Assembly: GCF_001194135.2 (NCBI RefSeq)
Contig: NC_068987.1
Coordinates: 47,274,907 to 47,331,200, forward strand
Direction of reading: 5' to 3'
DNA from: Octopus bimaculoides
Taxonomy: Eukaryota
DNA length: 56,294 nucleotides
The position numbers were made by a program, and so were the translations under genes. Positions 37,448 through 49,149 of the stretch are shown here, piece after piece. Below the pieces are notes generated by a model. It saw only the letters and a list, made by a program, of their open reading frames with translations, ran no database searches and had not been told where the DNA came from. The stretch's first letter is position 1, and every line of letters starts with the position of its first letter.

Positions 37448-38184
37448 CGAAACACTTTCAAACTTGGGATACTGGTAGAATGTGTCATATAAAACATCTT
37501 TTTCTCTTAGCCTTCTTAACAAAAATGAGTTCTTAATAAGTTATTTCATGTTAAAGTTGTCGTATTTGTGTAATTTCAACCAATCACTGACGTCTATTGA
37601 GGTGAAAACAATTACTGCTGTAAGAATGTAAACAACATATTCTAACGGTGTTATGGGATCTTTTCCCTTGAATAAAATTAGTGCCATTGTTTGTCAACAA
37701 CAACTATCGGCGGTACTGTTATTTATAACATCGTTCGTGCGTTTGGGTTAGGGTTCAGGTTTTAGGGTTAGGGTTAGAGTTGGGGTTAGGGTTATGGTTA
37801 TGAGTGAGGTTATGGCAAAAATAATCATAACCTTAACCGTAACCCTAAAACTAACTTTTAACTCTAAAACCGGAACCCTAACCCTAAAACCCTAAAGCTA
37901 AAACCAGTACAAACGCACGAACAATGTTATAAATAACAGTACCGCCGATAGTTGTTGACAAACAATGGCACTAATTTTATTCAAGGGAAAAGATCCCATA
38001 ACACCGTTAGACTATGTTGTTTACATTCTTACGGCAGTAATTGTTTTCACCTCAATAGACGTCAGTGATTGGTTGAAATTACCGAAATACGACAACTTTT
38101 TACATGAAATAACTTCGAATACAAAAATTTTTATCTGTTCTATAACACAAAATATACAAGTATACGAAGTTTGAAAGTGTTTCG
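37448..38184. mobile_element. Foldback/MITE-like element with long inverted arms and a central telomere-like repeat
   Basis: Core arms 37539-37745 / 37910-38114 are about 95% identical. An outer 18-bp match lies at 37448-37465 / 38167-38184. Confidence 0.8.
37744..37905. repeat. Degenerate telomeric repeats, (TTAGGG)n facing (CCCTAA)n
   Basis: gggttagggttcaggttttagggttagggttagagttggggttaggg ... aaccctaaccctaaaaccctaa. Confidence 0.85.
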
Positions 38185-38666
38185 GTACCCAAAAACACTA
38201 CATAAAACATATGTATTTTTTCCATAACGGATTTGATCCTAAAAGTGAATCCAAAGCTATTTTGGAACTTGTTATATCAGTATCTAAAACAATGGCACCA
38301 TTTGCCAATTTATATTGGTAAATGACTACAGAAATGCTATTTTTATATTTTTTTTTTATCGATGCCTATGACAAAATGAACTTACCAATATTTAGATACC
38401 TCACTCATTGATTCATCACAATATTTCATTATTCTTAATCGTTATTCAACTTTGGAACAACAGAGCCTAAAAACAGCAAGATACCCAGATAGTGGGACAT
38501 TTTTGTGCTAACTAGAATTGAACCCAATTAACTTGGTTTTTGTATTTGTCTCCTACCTTTTTTGAACTAACCAGCTGTATAAATGTAAACACAATTCCTT
38601 CTTCTTCTTTTCTTCCTTCTTTCTTTCCTTCTCTTTTCCATTGACACTCCTTTCAGATACACAGGC

Positions 38667-38698
<32 letters not shown>

Positions 38699-38884
38699 NN
38701 NNNNNNNNNNNNNCTCTCTTACTATCCTATATATCTCTCTCCACCCCTACACATTCAATAATACTATAAAAAGAGATATCCTCTGAAGTGAAATCATATT
38801 TTGAAGAACCTACAAGAATAGGTGCACACACTAATATTTATAAAACTCGGTCATAATGTCTTACGTTTAAGATGATTCCCATGC

Positions 38885-38970
38885 ATTCCCTGAAGAGAAG
38901 GTTACAATTTTAATATCACAAATTCCTATGGATCACATAGGTTGTAATCCTTTGAAACATATGTAGGAAT
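38885..38970 (+). ncRNA. Type I minimal hammerhead ribozyme (PLE-associated)
   Basis: Helix I ATTCC/GGAAT; CTGAAGA at 38890-38896; helix II GAAGG-TTACAA / TTGTAA-T-CCTTT; GAAA at 38954-38957; palindromic ACATATGT helix III; cleavage triplet GTA at 38963-38965. Confidence 0.75.
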
Positions 38971-39169
38971 AAAGTATGCAATTATAACATGCGTTTTCTC
39001 CATTCCTTAAATTTTTAAATATACTCAAATACCCAAAATTTCAAGGAGTTCCTGCCTTAAAAACAGGAACTACACCACAGTTATTTTGTGTTCTTTGCTA
39101 CATTGGTTTCTATTAACCCATTTATTCTATCCGAAGAATTTTTATTCATTAAGATAGAAGAAATACATA

Positions 39170-39655
<486 letters not shown>

Positions 39656-39657
39656 TA

Positions 39658-40285
39658 TCATCATCATCATCATCATCATCGTTTAACGTCCGCTTTCCAT
39701 GCTAGCATGGGTTGGACGATTTGACTGAGGACTGGTGAAACCAGATGGCTACACCAGGCTCCAATCTGATTTGGCAGAGTTTCTACAGCTGGATGCCCTT
39801 CCTAACGCCAACCACTCCGAGAGTGTAGTGGGTGCTTTTACGTGCCACCGGCACGAAGGCCAGTCAGGCAGTACTGGCAACGGCCACGCTCAAAATGGTG
39901 TATTTTACGTGCCACCCGCACAAGAGCCNNNNNNNNNNNNNNNNNNNNNNNNNNNNNNNNNNNNNNNNNNNNNNNNNNNNNNNNNNNNNNNNNNNNNNNN
40001 NNNNNNNNNNNNNNNNNNNNNNNNNNNNNNNNNNNNNNNNNNNNNNNNNNNNNNNNNNNNNNNNNNNNNNNNNNNNNNNNNNNNNNNNNNNNNNNNNNNN
40101 NNNNNNNNNNNNNNNNNNNNNNNNNNNNNNNNNNNNNNNNNNNNNNNNNNNNNNNNNNNNNNNNNNNNNNNNNNNNNNNNNNNNNNNNNNNNNNNNNNNN
40201 NNNNNNNNNNNNNNNAACTGCTAGGGTGTGGCACTTTTTCACACAGCTATCCTTGTCCATTCTCGCCACATGACCATACCCCTTC
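39658..40285 (-). mobile_element. Young RTE LINE 3' end spanning a gap
   Basis: (CAT)n tail with a well-preserved 3'UTR (CpGs intact). After the gap it reads GYGHVARMDKDSCVKKCHTLAV. Confidence 0.9.
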
Positions 40286-40912
40286 CTGTTCACCATTTAT
40301 TTATTTATTTATTTAGTCCTTTACCATTGTATTGGAATGGGTTTAAAGCTGGTGACAAAAAAAAAAACAGGTGCGGAGTGGGAGGGGTCATCACTGAAAG
40401 TCATTTTGCTTTCTTTCTCTCTTCCCCTTTTTCCTTTATTCCCACTTTCTTTTTTTTTTTTTTACTCCTCTTTGAGATGTATTTAGTGTACAAAATGTAC
40501 TTTCTCCCCTTCCAAACATTCAATATTCGAAGGAATTTTTTGATGTAGTTCTGCATGATCCATTCCAATACAATGGTAAAGGATTAAATAAATAAAGGGT
40601 GAATAAAAAGGGGATACCCCTTTTCTCTCTCTCCTTCTACCTATCTGTCTGACTATCTATTTATCTTTCTGTCTATCTATCAGCCTATCCGCCTACCTAT
40701 ATTTCTATCTATCCATCTCCATTGTCATGGAACCTCACCCAAAGAAACAAAAACATTGTTCTCTTCTTAACAAAACCCCCCAAAAAACATGTTTTATATA
40801 AATGAACAAGTTGTTTGTACATTCACAAAATTTTATTTGACAAAGGGAAGTGCTAATAATAATGAAGTAATAAAAAGATTTTTTTTCCAAAATTTTAACG
40901 ACTTTTTTTTCA

Positions 40913-40943
<31 letters not shown>

Positions 40944-42635
40944 TATGTGTGTGTGTGTGTATGTGAAAATTCCCTAGCCTTTGGTAAAAGAAAACACAGC
41001 TTCCTCTCATATTTATGTGTGTATATATGTTACTTTAAAACATTCCGTATTTCATACCTATTTTCCGGTCCATTCATCCCATTTGTTTAACTCTGGTAGC
41101 ACCAGCTACTGCCAAGTTTTATATACACTCTCCCTGATTCCATATCTTGGTTAGATAAAAATTGTACAGCTGAGATTCATTTGCATCTTTTCTACACGTG
41201 CACACGTGTGTATGTGAGTGTGTATAATGTTTGCACTGATGACCATTCCACCCAACAGTTCTTGGCCTTGGGCATTCTATCACCCCTGTATGCTCCACCG
41301 CTCACCTCCAGAGGGAGCAAGAACCTATTTTCCCTCTCCAAACTTATAGTCCTTTCATCTCAAATTCTCCTAGCCACTATTCCTAACATTCTTTCTCCCC
41401 ACCCGCCTCCTGACATACACACACACCCTATTATACTATCTCGCCAAGACATACATGCCCCATATATATCTCCCCTCTGTCCGCGTGCACACCCCCACAT
41501 ACATATCGCTATTCTCTCACTTTACTGTCTCCCTGAAACATTCACAATCACGTGTCATACTGACTCGCATGTAAATGCTCACCTGTGCTGGAACGTATAC
41601 ACGCCAACATACACCCGTTTTCTGTCATTCACACACCTTCCTTCTCCCCGCCATTCTTACTTTGCTTGTCAACTGTATTTTACACCACGGCCAGCCTTAC
41701 TGCACCCAACACATTCCCTGTATATGCTGTTAACAGACACACATGCACGCACTCATTCCTAACGATTCAGTTAAATTAATTTAATAACTAGAGTCAGTTA
41801 TGTAATTATTATCTGGTTGGCAATGTTTCAAGCGAGTTATCGAAACAATTTCAGAAAAATGAAAATTTTTATCTATCAATGAGATCGAGTTTTCTGTTCT
41901 TCTTTATGCATGCATGGTGGCTGTCAACTCATAGACGAGTATCACTAATAAATAATCTTATCCTAGTTGTTAAATACCATGGCTGTCAGCAATTCCCGTG
42001 CTAAAATTTCAGTTGCAAAACACAGCTAAGACTCACCTACAAAGCTAAATAGTCTAGAAACCAGCAAGAGCCAGATCTTCGGCTTTGCAATGAGCGAGTG
42101 TTATTTGGGGATTTCCTTCTAGAAAGATGTCTAAACAAAAACTAGGAGTGGGGGATTTGTCACTCCGGTCTATTGAATGACCGCTGACTACTCAGTTCAT
42201 CTGCTCTTTGGCAGGTTTTGTTTTGTTTTGTATTTTTTCCTGCATAGTGTCCAACGGAAAACATCCTCCTTACCAACCAAGCTTGGTAGGTTTGCCGATG
42301 ACCCGACCATGCAACAGGTTGTATATATGTACGTGTGTGTGTGTGTGTTTAATTAAAGCGTCAATTATTACCTTATTGCAAGTTTTATTCATTTGTAACG
42401 TACTCCCATTCTGATGAAATCCACTACAATATTGCCATGCTTTCCATTGAAAACCATCGCTATAAATCATTAACGTAAAACAGTAAAAAGCATTTCGTTT
42501 CCAAACAGAAACTACAGTTCACTCATTTAATAACTGTTACTCTCTGTACATGTTAATAGCATTTATACCCCATTTGCAAATAGATCATACCTCCTGTCTC
42601 GTATAAACCACTACTTTGGAAGTAAATGCATTTCT

Positions 42636-42699
42636 GGTACTACTAAAGCAGCGCGAACCCGAACGCGCAGTCGCGCGTCCGCGCTGCTTTAGTAGTACC
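42636..42699. mobile_element. 64-bp MITE with perfect 20-bp TIRs and a 9-bp TSD (Merlin or Mutator type)
   Basis: TIR GGTACTACTAAAGCAGCGCG at 42636-42655 and its complement at 42680-42699. The flanking direct repeat TGCATTTCT is at 42627-42635 and 42700-42708. Confidence 0.85.
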
Positions 42700-43149
42700 T
42701 GCATTTCTAATTGTTTAAATTTCCTTTTTTCTTAAGTATTAAGGTTATCGACTGGATTGATCTTGCAATAGCTATTAATGTCCTTTACTTTATGAGTTCA
42801 AATCTCACTAAGGTCAATTTTTTGCCTTCCCCGCTTCAGGGGTCAATAACATAAATACCAGTCAAGAACTGGTTCGACTTAATCAAATAATCCGTCCGCC
42901 ACCTTGAATTTATGGCCTTATACCAGCGACCAGCTAGCAGAATTGTTAGCGTGTTGGGAAAAATGCTTAGCTGTATTTCTTTGGCTCTTTTCTGTCTCAC
43001 TTCAAATTTTTGCCTTTTATTCTTTTGGAGTCGATAAAATACGGCTAACATGCAGTTTACCGTCGTAAAAAAAAATGTGCAAGAAAATTGCTATAGAAAC
43101 CGGAAGTGATGACGTCCCATAATTTTACGTAAACGATGTCACATAACTA

Positions 43150-43620
43150 ATGGAGAGAAGACATAATGTAAACAAATTATCACTAGTTCCATATTGACAT
43201 CTACATTTCTTCTTAGAAAGCCCTTCCGTAGTGTCTGTATGGATGCTGTCATCATTTGGATCAACAAAATTGAGTGAATGGTTGACAAATTCTTGAGTGT
43301 AAAAGTTACCGAAGCCCACACATTAGATATCAAACAGGTCCTGGCAATATCCAATGCTTTATAATGGGGCCTAAATGCTTCGCGCATGCGATCGGGGACT
43401 TCCATCGAGCAACATTTTCTTGTACCCCTTTCTACTCCACTAAACACCAAATACCTTTCATTCCACTCTCCTCTGATATTTCCGATGCATATATTTGGAT
43501 TCGTCTATTTCCACGGTAATGGGACATCCAGCATCATCCAATCCACCACAGTATTGCAATTCAATTGTAATTCAAAAGTCATTTCGTTCTGCGGATAGTC
43601 TCTTACCCACATATACATTG
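43150..43620 (-). mobile_element. Merlin (ISXO2/IS1595-like DDE) transposase remnant
   Basis: Reads GGLDDAGCPITVEIDESKYMHRKY; VFSGVERGTRKCCSMEVPDR; VNHSLNFVDPNDDSIHT. It carries stops and frameshifts. Confidence 0.85.
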
Positions 43621-43732
43621 GTTGAGTTATCAGTAGAATCAAATGGTTCTATTTAAAAATGGAATTGGCTCGTATAGTTCCAGTGAACCCACAAAAACAA
43701 CACCACCGTTTTGTGCCAAAACTTGAAACGTT

Positions 43733-43895
43733 TGGCAGCGAGCTGGCAGAATCGTTAGCTCGTTGGACGAAATGCTTAAGGACATTTTTTCTGGCTTGGC
43801 TGAGTTCAAAATCCGCCGAGGTCGACGTTGCCTTTTATTTTGGGATCGATAAAATAAGCACCAATCCATCATTCTTGTGCCAAAATTAGAAAAAT
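43733..43895 (+). mobile_element. SINE family B; further fragments at ~1325-1420 (-), 42770-43045 (+), 45780-45990 (-) and 48050-48130 (+)
   Basis: A-box-like gagctggcagaatcgttag, B-box-like gagttcaaaatcc, then gccgaggtcgac...gatcgataaaataagcacc...gtgccaaaatt. Confidence 0.8.
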
Positions 43896-46150
43896 TGTTA
43901 ATTTCATGGTTAGAATTTTGTTTCATTAAAACAGGAGGTTTGGCGGGGGTATCGAGCATGCACTCAACCCCTCTTATTTTATTTCTTCGGATTCTAATTT
44001 TGTACATCATCAAAAATAAATTTTTTAAAAAACAGCATTTCAAAATTTCAATATTNNNNNNNNNNNNNNNNNNNNNNNNNNNNNNNNNNNNNNNNNNNNN
44101 NNNNNNNNNNNNNNNNNNNNNNNNNNNNNNNNNNNNNNNNNNNNNNNNNNNNNNNNNNNNNNNNNNNNNNNNNNNNNNNNNNNNNNNNNNNNNNNNNNNN
44201 NNNNNNNNNNNNNNNNNNNNNNNNNNNNNNNNNNNNNNNNNNNNNNNNNNNNNNNNNNNNNNNNNNNNNNNNNNNNNNNNNNNNNNNNNNNNNNNNNNNN
44301 NNNNNNNNNNNNNNNNNNNNNNNNNNNNNNNNNNNNNNNNNNNNNNNNNNNNNNNNNNNNNNNNNNNNNNNNNNNNNNNNNNNNNNNNNNNNNNNNNNNN
44401 NNNNNNNNNNNNNNNNNNNNNNNNNNNNNNNNNNNNNNNNNNNNNNNNNNNNNNNNNNNNNNNNNNNNNNNNNNNNNNNNNNNNNNNNNNNNNNNNNNNN
44501 NNNNNNNNNNNNNNNNNNNNNNNNNNNNNNNNNNNNNNNNNNNNNNNNNNNNNNNNNNNNNNNNNNNNNNNNNNNNNNNNNNNNNNNNNNNNNNNNNNNN
44601 NNNNNNNNNNNNNNNNNNNNNNNNNNNNNNNNNNNNNNNNNNNNNNNNNNNNNNNNNNNNNNNNNNNNNNNNNNNNNNNNNNNNNNNNNNNNNNNNNNNN
44701 NNNNNNNNNNNNNNNNNNNNNNNNNNNNNNNNNNNNNNNNNNNNNNNNNNNNNNNNNNNNNNNNNNNNNNNNNNNNNNNNNNNNNNNNNNNNNNNNNNNN
44801 NNNNNNNNNNNNNNNNNNNNNNNNNNNNNNNNNNNNNNNNNNNNNNNNNNNNNNNNNNNNNNNNNNNNNNNNNNNNNNNNNNNNNNNNNNNNNNNNNNNN
44901 NNNNNNNNNNNNNNNNNNNNNNNNNNNNNNNNNNNNNNNNNNNNNNNNNNNNNNNNNNNNNNNNNNNNNNNNNNNNNNNNNNNNNNNNNNNNNNNNNNNN
45001 NNNNNNNNNNNNNNNNNNNNNNNNNNNNNNNNNNNNNNNNNNNNNNNNNNNCCCCCCCCCATCCACATTAAATTCCGATATAATCGTGATCTACACCATC
45101 TGAAACGTATTTGTTGAAGATTTCATTAAAAAACATTCATTTTTCTAAAAATCATGAGGTAACAAATTCGGGGTGGGGCACTCTTGTATAGGTATGCCCG
45201 TAGGAATTGAAGCGTGTTCAGTCGAGTGACATTATGTGTGTGTGTGTGTGATTCAGCCATGACAACTCCTTGTTCTTCGTCTTTCGCCCTCTTCTGGTCA
45301 ATCAAAACAACAATAATAGTGTCGAGCTACTTTTAACGAGAGGTTGATTTTTCTATTTTTATTGATCGTGATGATATTGGTTATATTTATAAACGTAGTA
45401 ATTCGTCAGCTTTCTCTCTCTCTCTCTCTCTCACATATACACGTGCACATCCATATTCTCTTCTCGCGCGCGCCTAATCACGTATACACATATACACAAA
45501 TTACGTTCATATCCATATCCACACACACACACACTTGTTTTCCATTGTTCATATTTCTATCAGCTTGTTCTTTAGCTGCATATTTGTCCTGGTCCATCAG
45601 GCTCACGACTAAAACCGATACATAGGCCAAAAAACAGTTGAAAAACACTGTGCTAGAATATATTAAGAATGAATGCTAACCAGTCGGCGTGTATGCACAT
45701 ATGCAGTGTTTTTTCCTTCTTTTCTTTTACTGCTAGAACACTACCTTACCACCTTCAAAGATACAAGTCAATTATATTGCTTTCAAAATTTGGCACAAGA
45801 CCAGCAATTTTGTGGTTGGGGTGGGGGAGGGGTAAATCGATTACATCGACCCCCAGTGTTCAACTGATGCTCATTTTATCGACCCCGAAAGGATGTAAGC
45901 CAAAGTCATTCTTGGCCGAATTTGAACTCAGAACATCAAGATAGACAAAATGCTACTAAGCATTTTGTCCAGTATGCTAATGGTTCTACCTGCTCACCAC
46001 ATTATATAAGTCAATTATATTACGTGATTGATACCTGTTTTATCAGGCTTGAAATGATGTGAAAGCAAAATTTGAACTCAGAACATGGACATAACCAAGT
46101 GTTACTAGGTATTTTGTCTGATGCAATATCACTTCTGCTATCCACATATA

Positions 46151-46337
46151 CTCTTTTACTTGTTTCAGTCTTTTGACTGTGGCCATGCTGGAGCACCGCC
46201 TTTAGTCAAGCAAATCAACCCCTGGACTTATTCTTTGGAAGTCTAGTACTTATTCTATCGGTCTCTTATGCTGAACCGCTAAGTTACGGGGACGTAAACA
46301 CACAAGCATCGGTTGTCAAGCGATGGTGGGGGGACAG

Positions 46338-46371
<34 letters not shown>

Positions 46372-46532
46372 ATACATACGACAGGCTTCTTTCAGTTTCC
46401 GTCTACCAAATCAAATCACAAGGCTTTGGTCGGCCCGAGGCTATAGTAGAAGACATTTGCCCAAGATGCCATGCAGTGGGACTGAACCCGTAACCATGTG
46501 GTTGGTAAGCAAGCTACTTACCACACAGCCAC
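46151..46532 (-). mobile_element. SINE family A, full length
   Basis: Reverse complement of the family consensus. Confidence 0.9.
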
Positions 46533-46678
46533 TCTTATGCCTATATGTATATANNNNNNNNNNNNNNNNNNNNNNNNNNNNNNNNNNNNNNNNNNNNNNN
46601 NNNNNNNNNNNNNNNNNNNNNNNNNNNNNNNNNNNNNNNNNNNTATATATATATATATATATAATACATGTTGTTTAC

Positions 46679-46713
<35 letters not shown>

Positions 46714-46829
46714 CATGTTGTTTACATTTGTTTCCATAAAATACATCTGTACATACATATTTGTTTGTTTACACTTGTTTCTATAAGCAATTTTCCTAAA
46801 ATTTCTGTCATTTTAAAAATATTTTCCAG

Positions 46830-47162
46830 AGTTCAAGATCCTGGTAATTTAAGTCTGGAGGATTTGGTTTACAAGGATCAGAAAAATAGACAACCAAAAG
46901 AACAAAACCAGCATTATGAAAGAACCTCAAGTAGGATGCTGTTGAATGGCATCAGTACTAATCCTAGCCTTCTCAAACAGAAGATATGTAAGAGAATTTA
47001 TTACACCACAGATAATAAGTCTGTTGGTGTTGAAATTCCAAGCATCAGTTAAGTAAACCAGGTAGCTAAAAATGCTACTGCCTCTTTAAATCAAACTGTC
47101 TATTGGTCTTAATAACTTCCACTAAAAATAAGTTTCACAAAGAATCCACTGCCGGGATAATA
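46830..47162 (+). other. Probable 5' leader part of the exon containing the start codon
   Basis: Acceptor-like attttccag| at 46829, followed by non-repetitive sequence continuous with the CDS at 47163. It contains several upstream ATGs. Confidence 0.4.
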
Positions 47163-47659
47163 ATGGCAGCCTCACTCTCATTGCCATCTCGTCCGGCGAC
47201 AAGAAACTGTAAAATAAATATGAATAAAAGCGCTGTAAATGTAAAAATGAATGGCTCTCCTCATAAAACTCCTCATAAAACTCCTCATACCACTTCTACA
47301 CCAGCAAAGGTCCAAATTTCCAAGAAGACTATTGTTCAAAATGGTTTTCTTCGGAATGGATTTGTATCACCACTGCTCCCAAAGAATGAAACAAGACTAT
47401 CACCGGTCAAACAAAAAGCACTCCCTCGCAAGAGGAAGAGATCTCAAAGGACAAAAAAAGTGATGGATACATCAAAAAGACTTTCTACATGTTCAACACC
47501 TAGAAGAAGAACTAGAAGGAAAATTCTCAAAGCTAGGCATGAGAGAACTGCAGTGAATAAACTAGGTTCTGAGAAGAAAAGCATTACAATGTCATTGAAA
47601 AAGAAGTTGTCTAAAACTAACTCTATTAGTCCAGCCACACAGTTCAGGACAAAAATGAA
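47163..47659 (+). CDS. Host gene, first identifiable coding exon: Lys/Arg/Ser-rich, low-complexity N-terminus (MAASLSLPSRPATRNCKINMNK...FRTKM) of an unidentified, probably nuclear protein
   Basis: ATG at 47163 in good context (ataATGG) with an upstream in-frame TAA at 47067. There are 165 open codons, many TP/SP motifs and a basic cluster PRKRKRS. It ends at a consensus donor AA|GTAAGT (47660, phase 2) that splices in frame to the next two exons. The family is not recognised. Confidence 0.8.
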
Positions 47660-48890
47660 GTAAGTGTTTATTGTTTTCCTTTCTGAGATAGTTTTGCTAC
47701 AGTCATACAAGAGTTTATCTTATGCATCATCATCATCCATGCTGACATTAGTTGGATGGTTTGACAGTATCTCATGGATCTGAGAATCAGGCTCCCATTT
47801 CTACTTTGGCATGGTTTCTATGGTTGGATACACTTAGTAATGCTGATCACTTTACAGAATGTACTAAGTAGTTTCTTTTTTTTTTGTGTGTGTGACACCA
47901 ACACCATTGAGGTCACCACACAGTCTCAGATCCCTTTTCACTGAGTAGTGCTGCAACAAAAGGCAGCCTTATGCTAGGCAATGAAGCTTTAAACTACGAA
48001 AGGGGTTACAACAGAATGGGTTTCTTGTTGTAGAGGAGCTACTTGGCTAATCAGATTATAGCAGAATCGTTAGCATGACAGGCGATGTGCTTAGCAGTAT
48101 TTTGTCTGCCACTACATTCTGAGTTCAAATTCAAAATTTCAGGCCTTGTGGGTATAGTAGAAAGGATCATAGAAGAGTGGGTGAGAGTAACCGAGGTAGG
48201 TAGAGCTAGAAAATGAAATTAAATAGAGGTGATAAGGTTTCAGGGTAAATGAGACAAAAGGACAGGGAATGAGGGTGGATAGAAATTGAAAGAGTGTACA
48301 GTGATATCTCACTTTATGAAGACCTGCTTTACGAGACTGTGGGTTTATGAGTTTTATTTTTCAGCTCACTTTTGTATGATGAACTTAAATTTTTCAAGCA
48401 CAAGATCCAACCTTATATGAAGGTTGATGCCTGTAAAAGAAAAGACGATATTGCATAGGGCTGCAATTCTAGTGGAAGTACTTAGTATGGGATCTAAGAT
48501 CGAGGCACATTATGTTGATGAGAAGAAGTGCATTAGGTGAGCTTGGACAAAGGTGGTACAAACAATGCTAATTGCGGAATTGAGGAACACAGAAGTTATT
48601 ATAGAAATAGAAGAAAGAGACAGAGAAAAGATATAACATAAAAATAGGTTTCTGGTTATAATTTCACTGTTAATGTTCATGAGAAAGATTTGAATGAATG
48701 CCACAACATCCTATTTAATATTTTCTTGTGAATCTGAAGCTTTGCACCTATGTAAGAAATTAATATTTTATGTCACTAAATCCTTTGAGAAACACTGAGT
48801 CATATTTGTATTCAGTAGATCCAAATCCTTGTGCTTGTGTAACAACTAAATTCCATTGTTCTTATTGTTTTTCTGTTTCATCTCTTGCAG

Positions 48891-48950
48891 CTCCAACCTG
48901 AGGGTGAGCAAATCAATTTCCAAGGTTCAGTCTACTTCAGGGAATAAAGT
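48891..48950 (+). CDS. Host gene, internal 60-nt coding exon (N-SNLRVSKSISKVQSTSGNK-V), phase 2-2
   Basis: Long pyrimidine tract tgtttttctgtttcatctcttgcag| acceptor and GT|GTAAGT donor at 48951. The frame is open when joined to the phase-2 end of the upstream exon. Confidence 0.85.
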
Positions 48951-49149
48951 GTAAGTATCTATTGTTTAAGAAATATATATATATATATATATTAACAATA
49001 ATAATTACTCCAATAATTTAACACACGCAAATGATGGCAATAATCATTTAGGTATTAATATAGGTAGTATGTACAATATTATGAATCACAACAATATCTG
49101 TAACAATAATAAGATTAGCATCTCGGAATTAAATCCTAATAGAATTAAG

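Noticed and set aside
43105-43122. CCGGAAGTG (ETS) plus TGACGTC (CRE) promoter motifs
   Set aside because: They lie at the edge of the Merlin remnant about 4 kb from the CDS and may be transposon-derived. Short motifs alone are not enough.
43639-45103. 300-500 aa ORFs spanning N-runs (also at 11091-12653, 19818-20852 and 32807-34007)
   Set aside because: Their length comes from assembly gaps.
47444-47710. Minus-strand 88-aa ORF
   Set aside because: It is an antisense shadow of the host coding exon.
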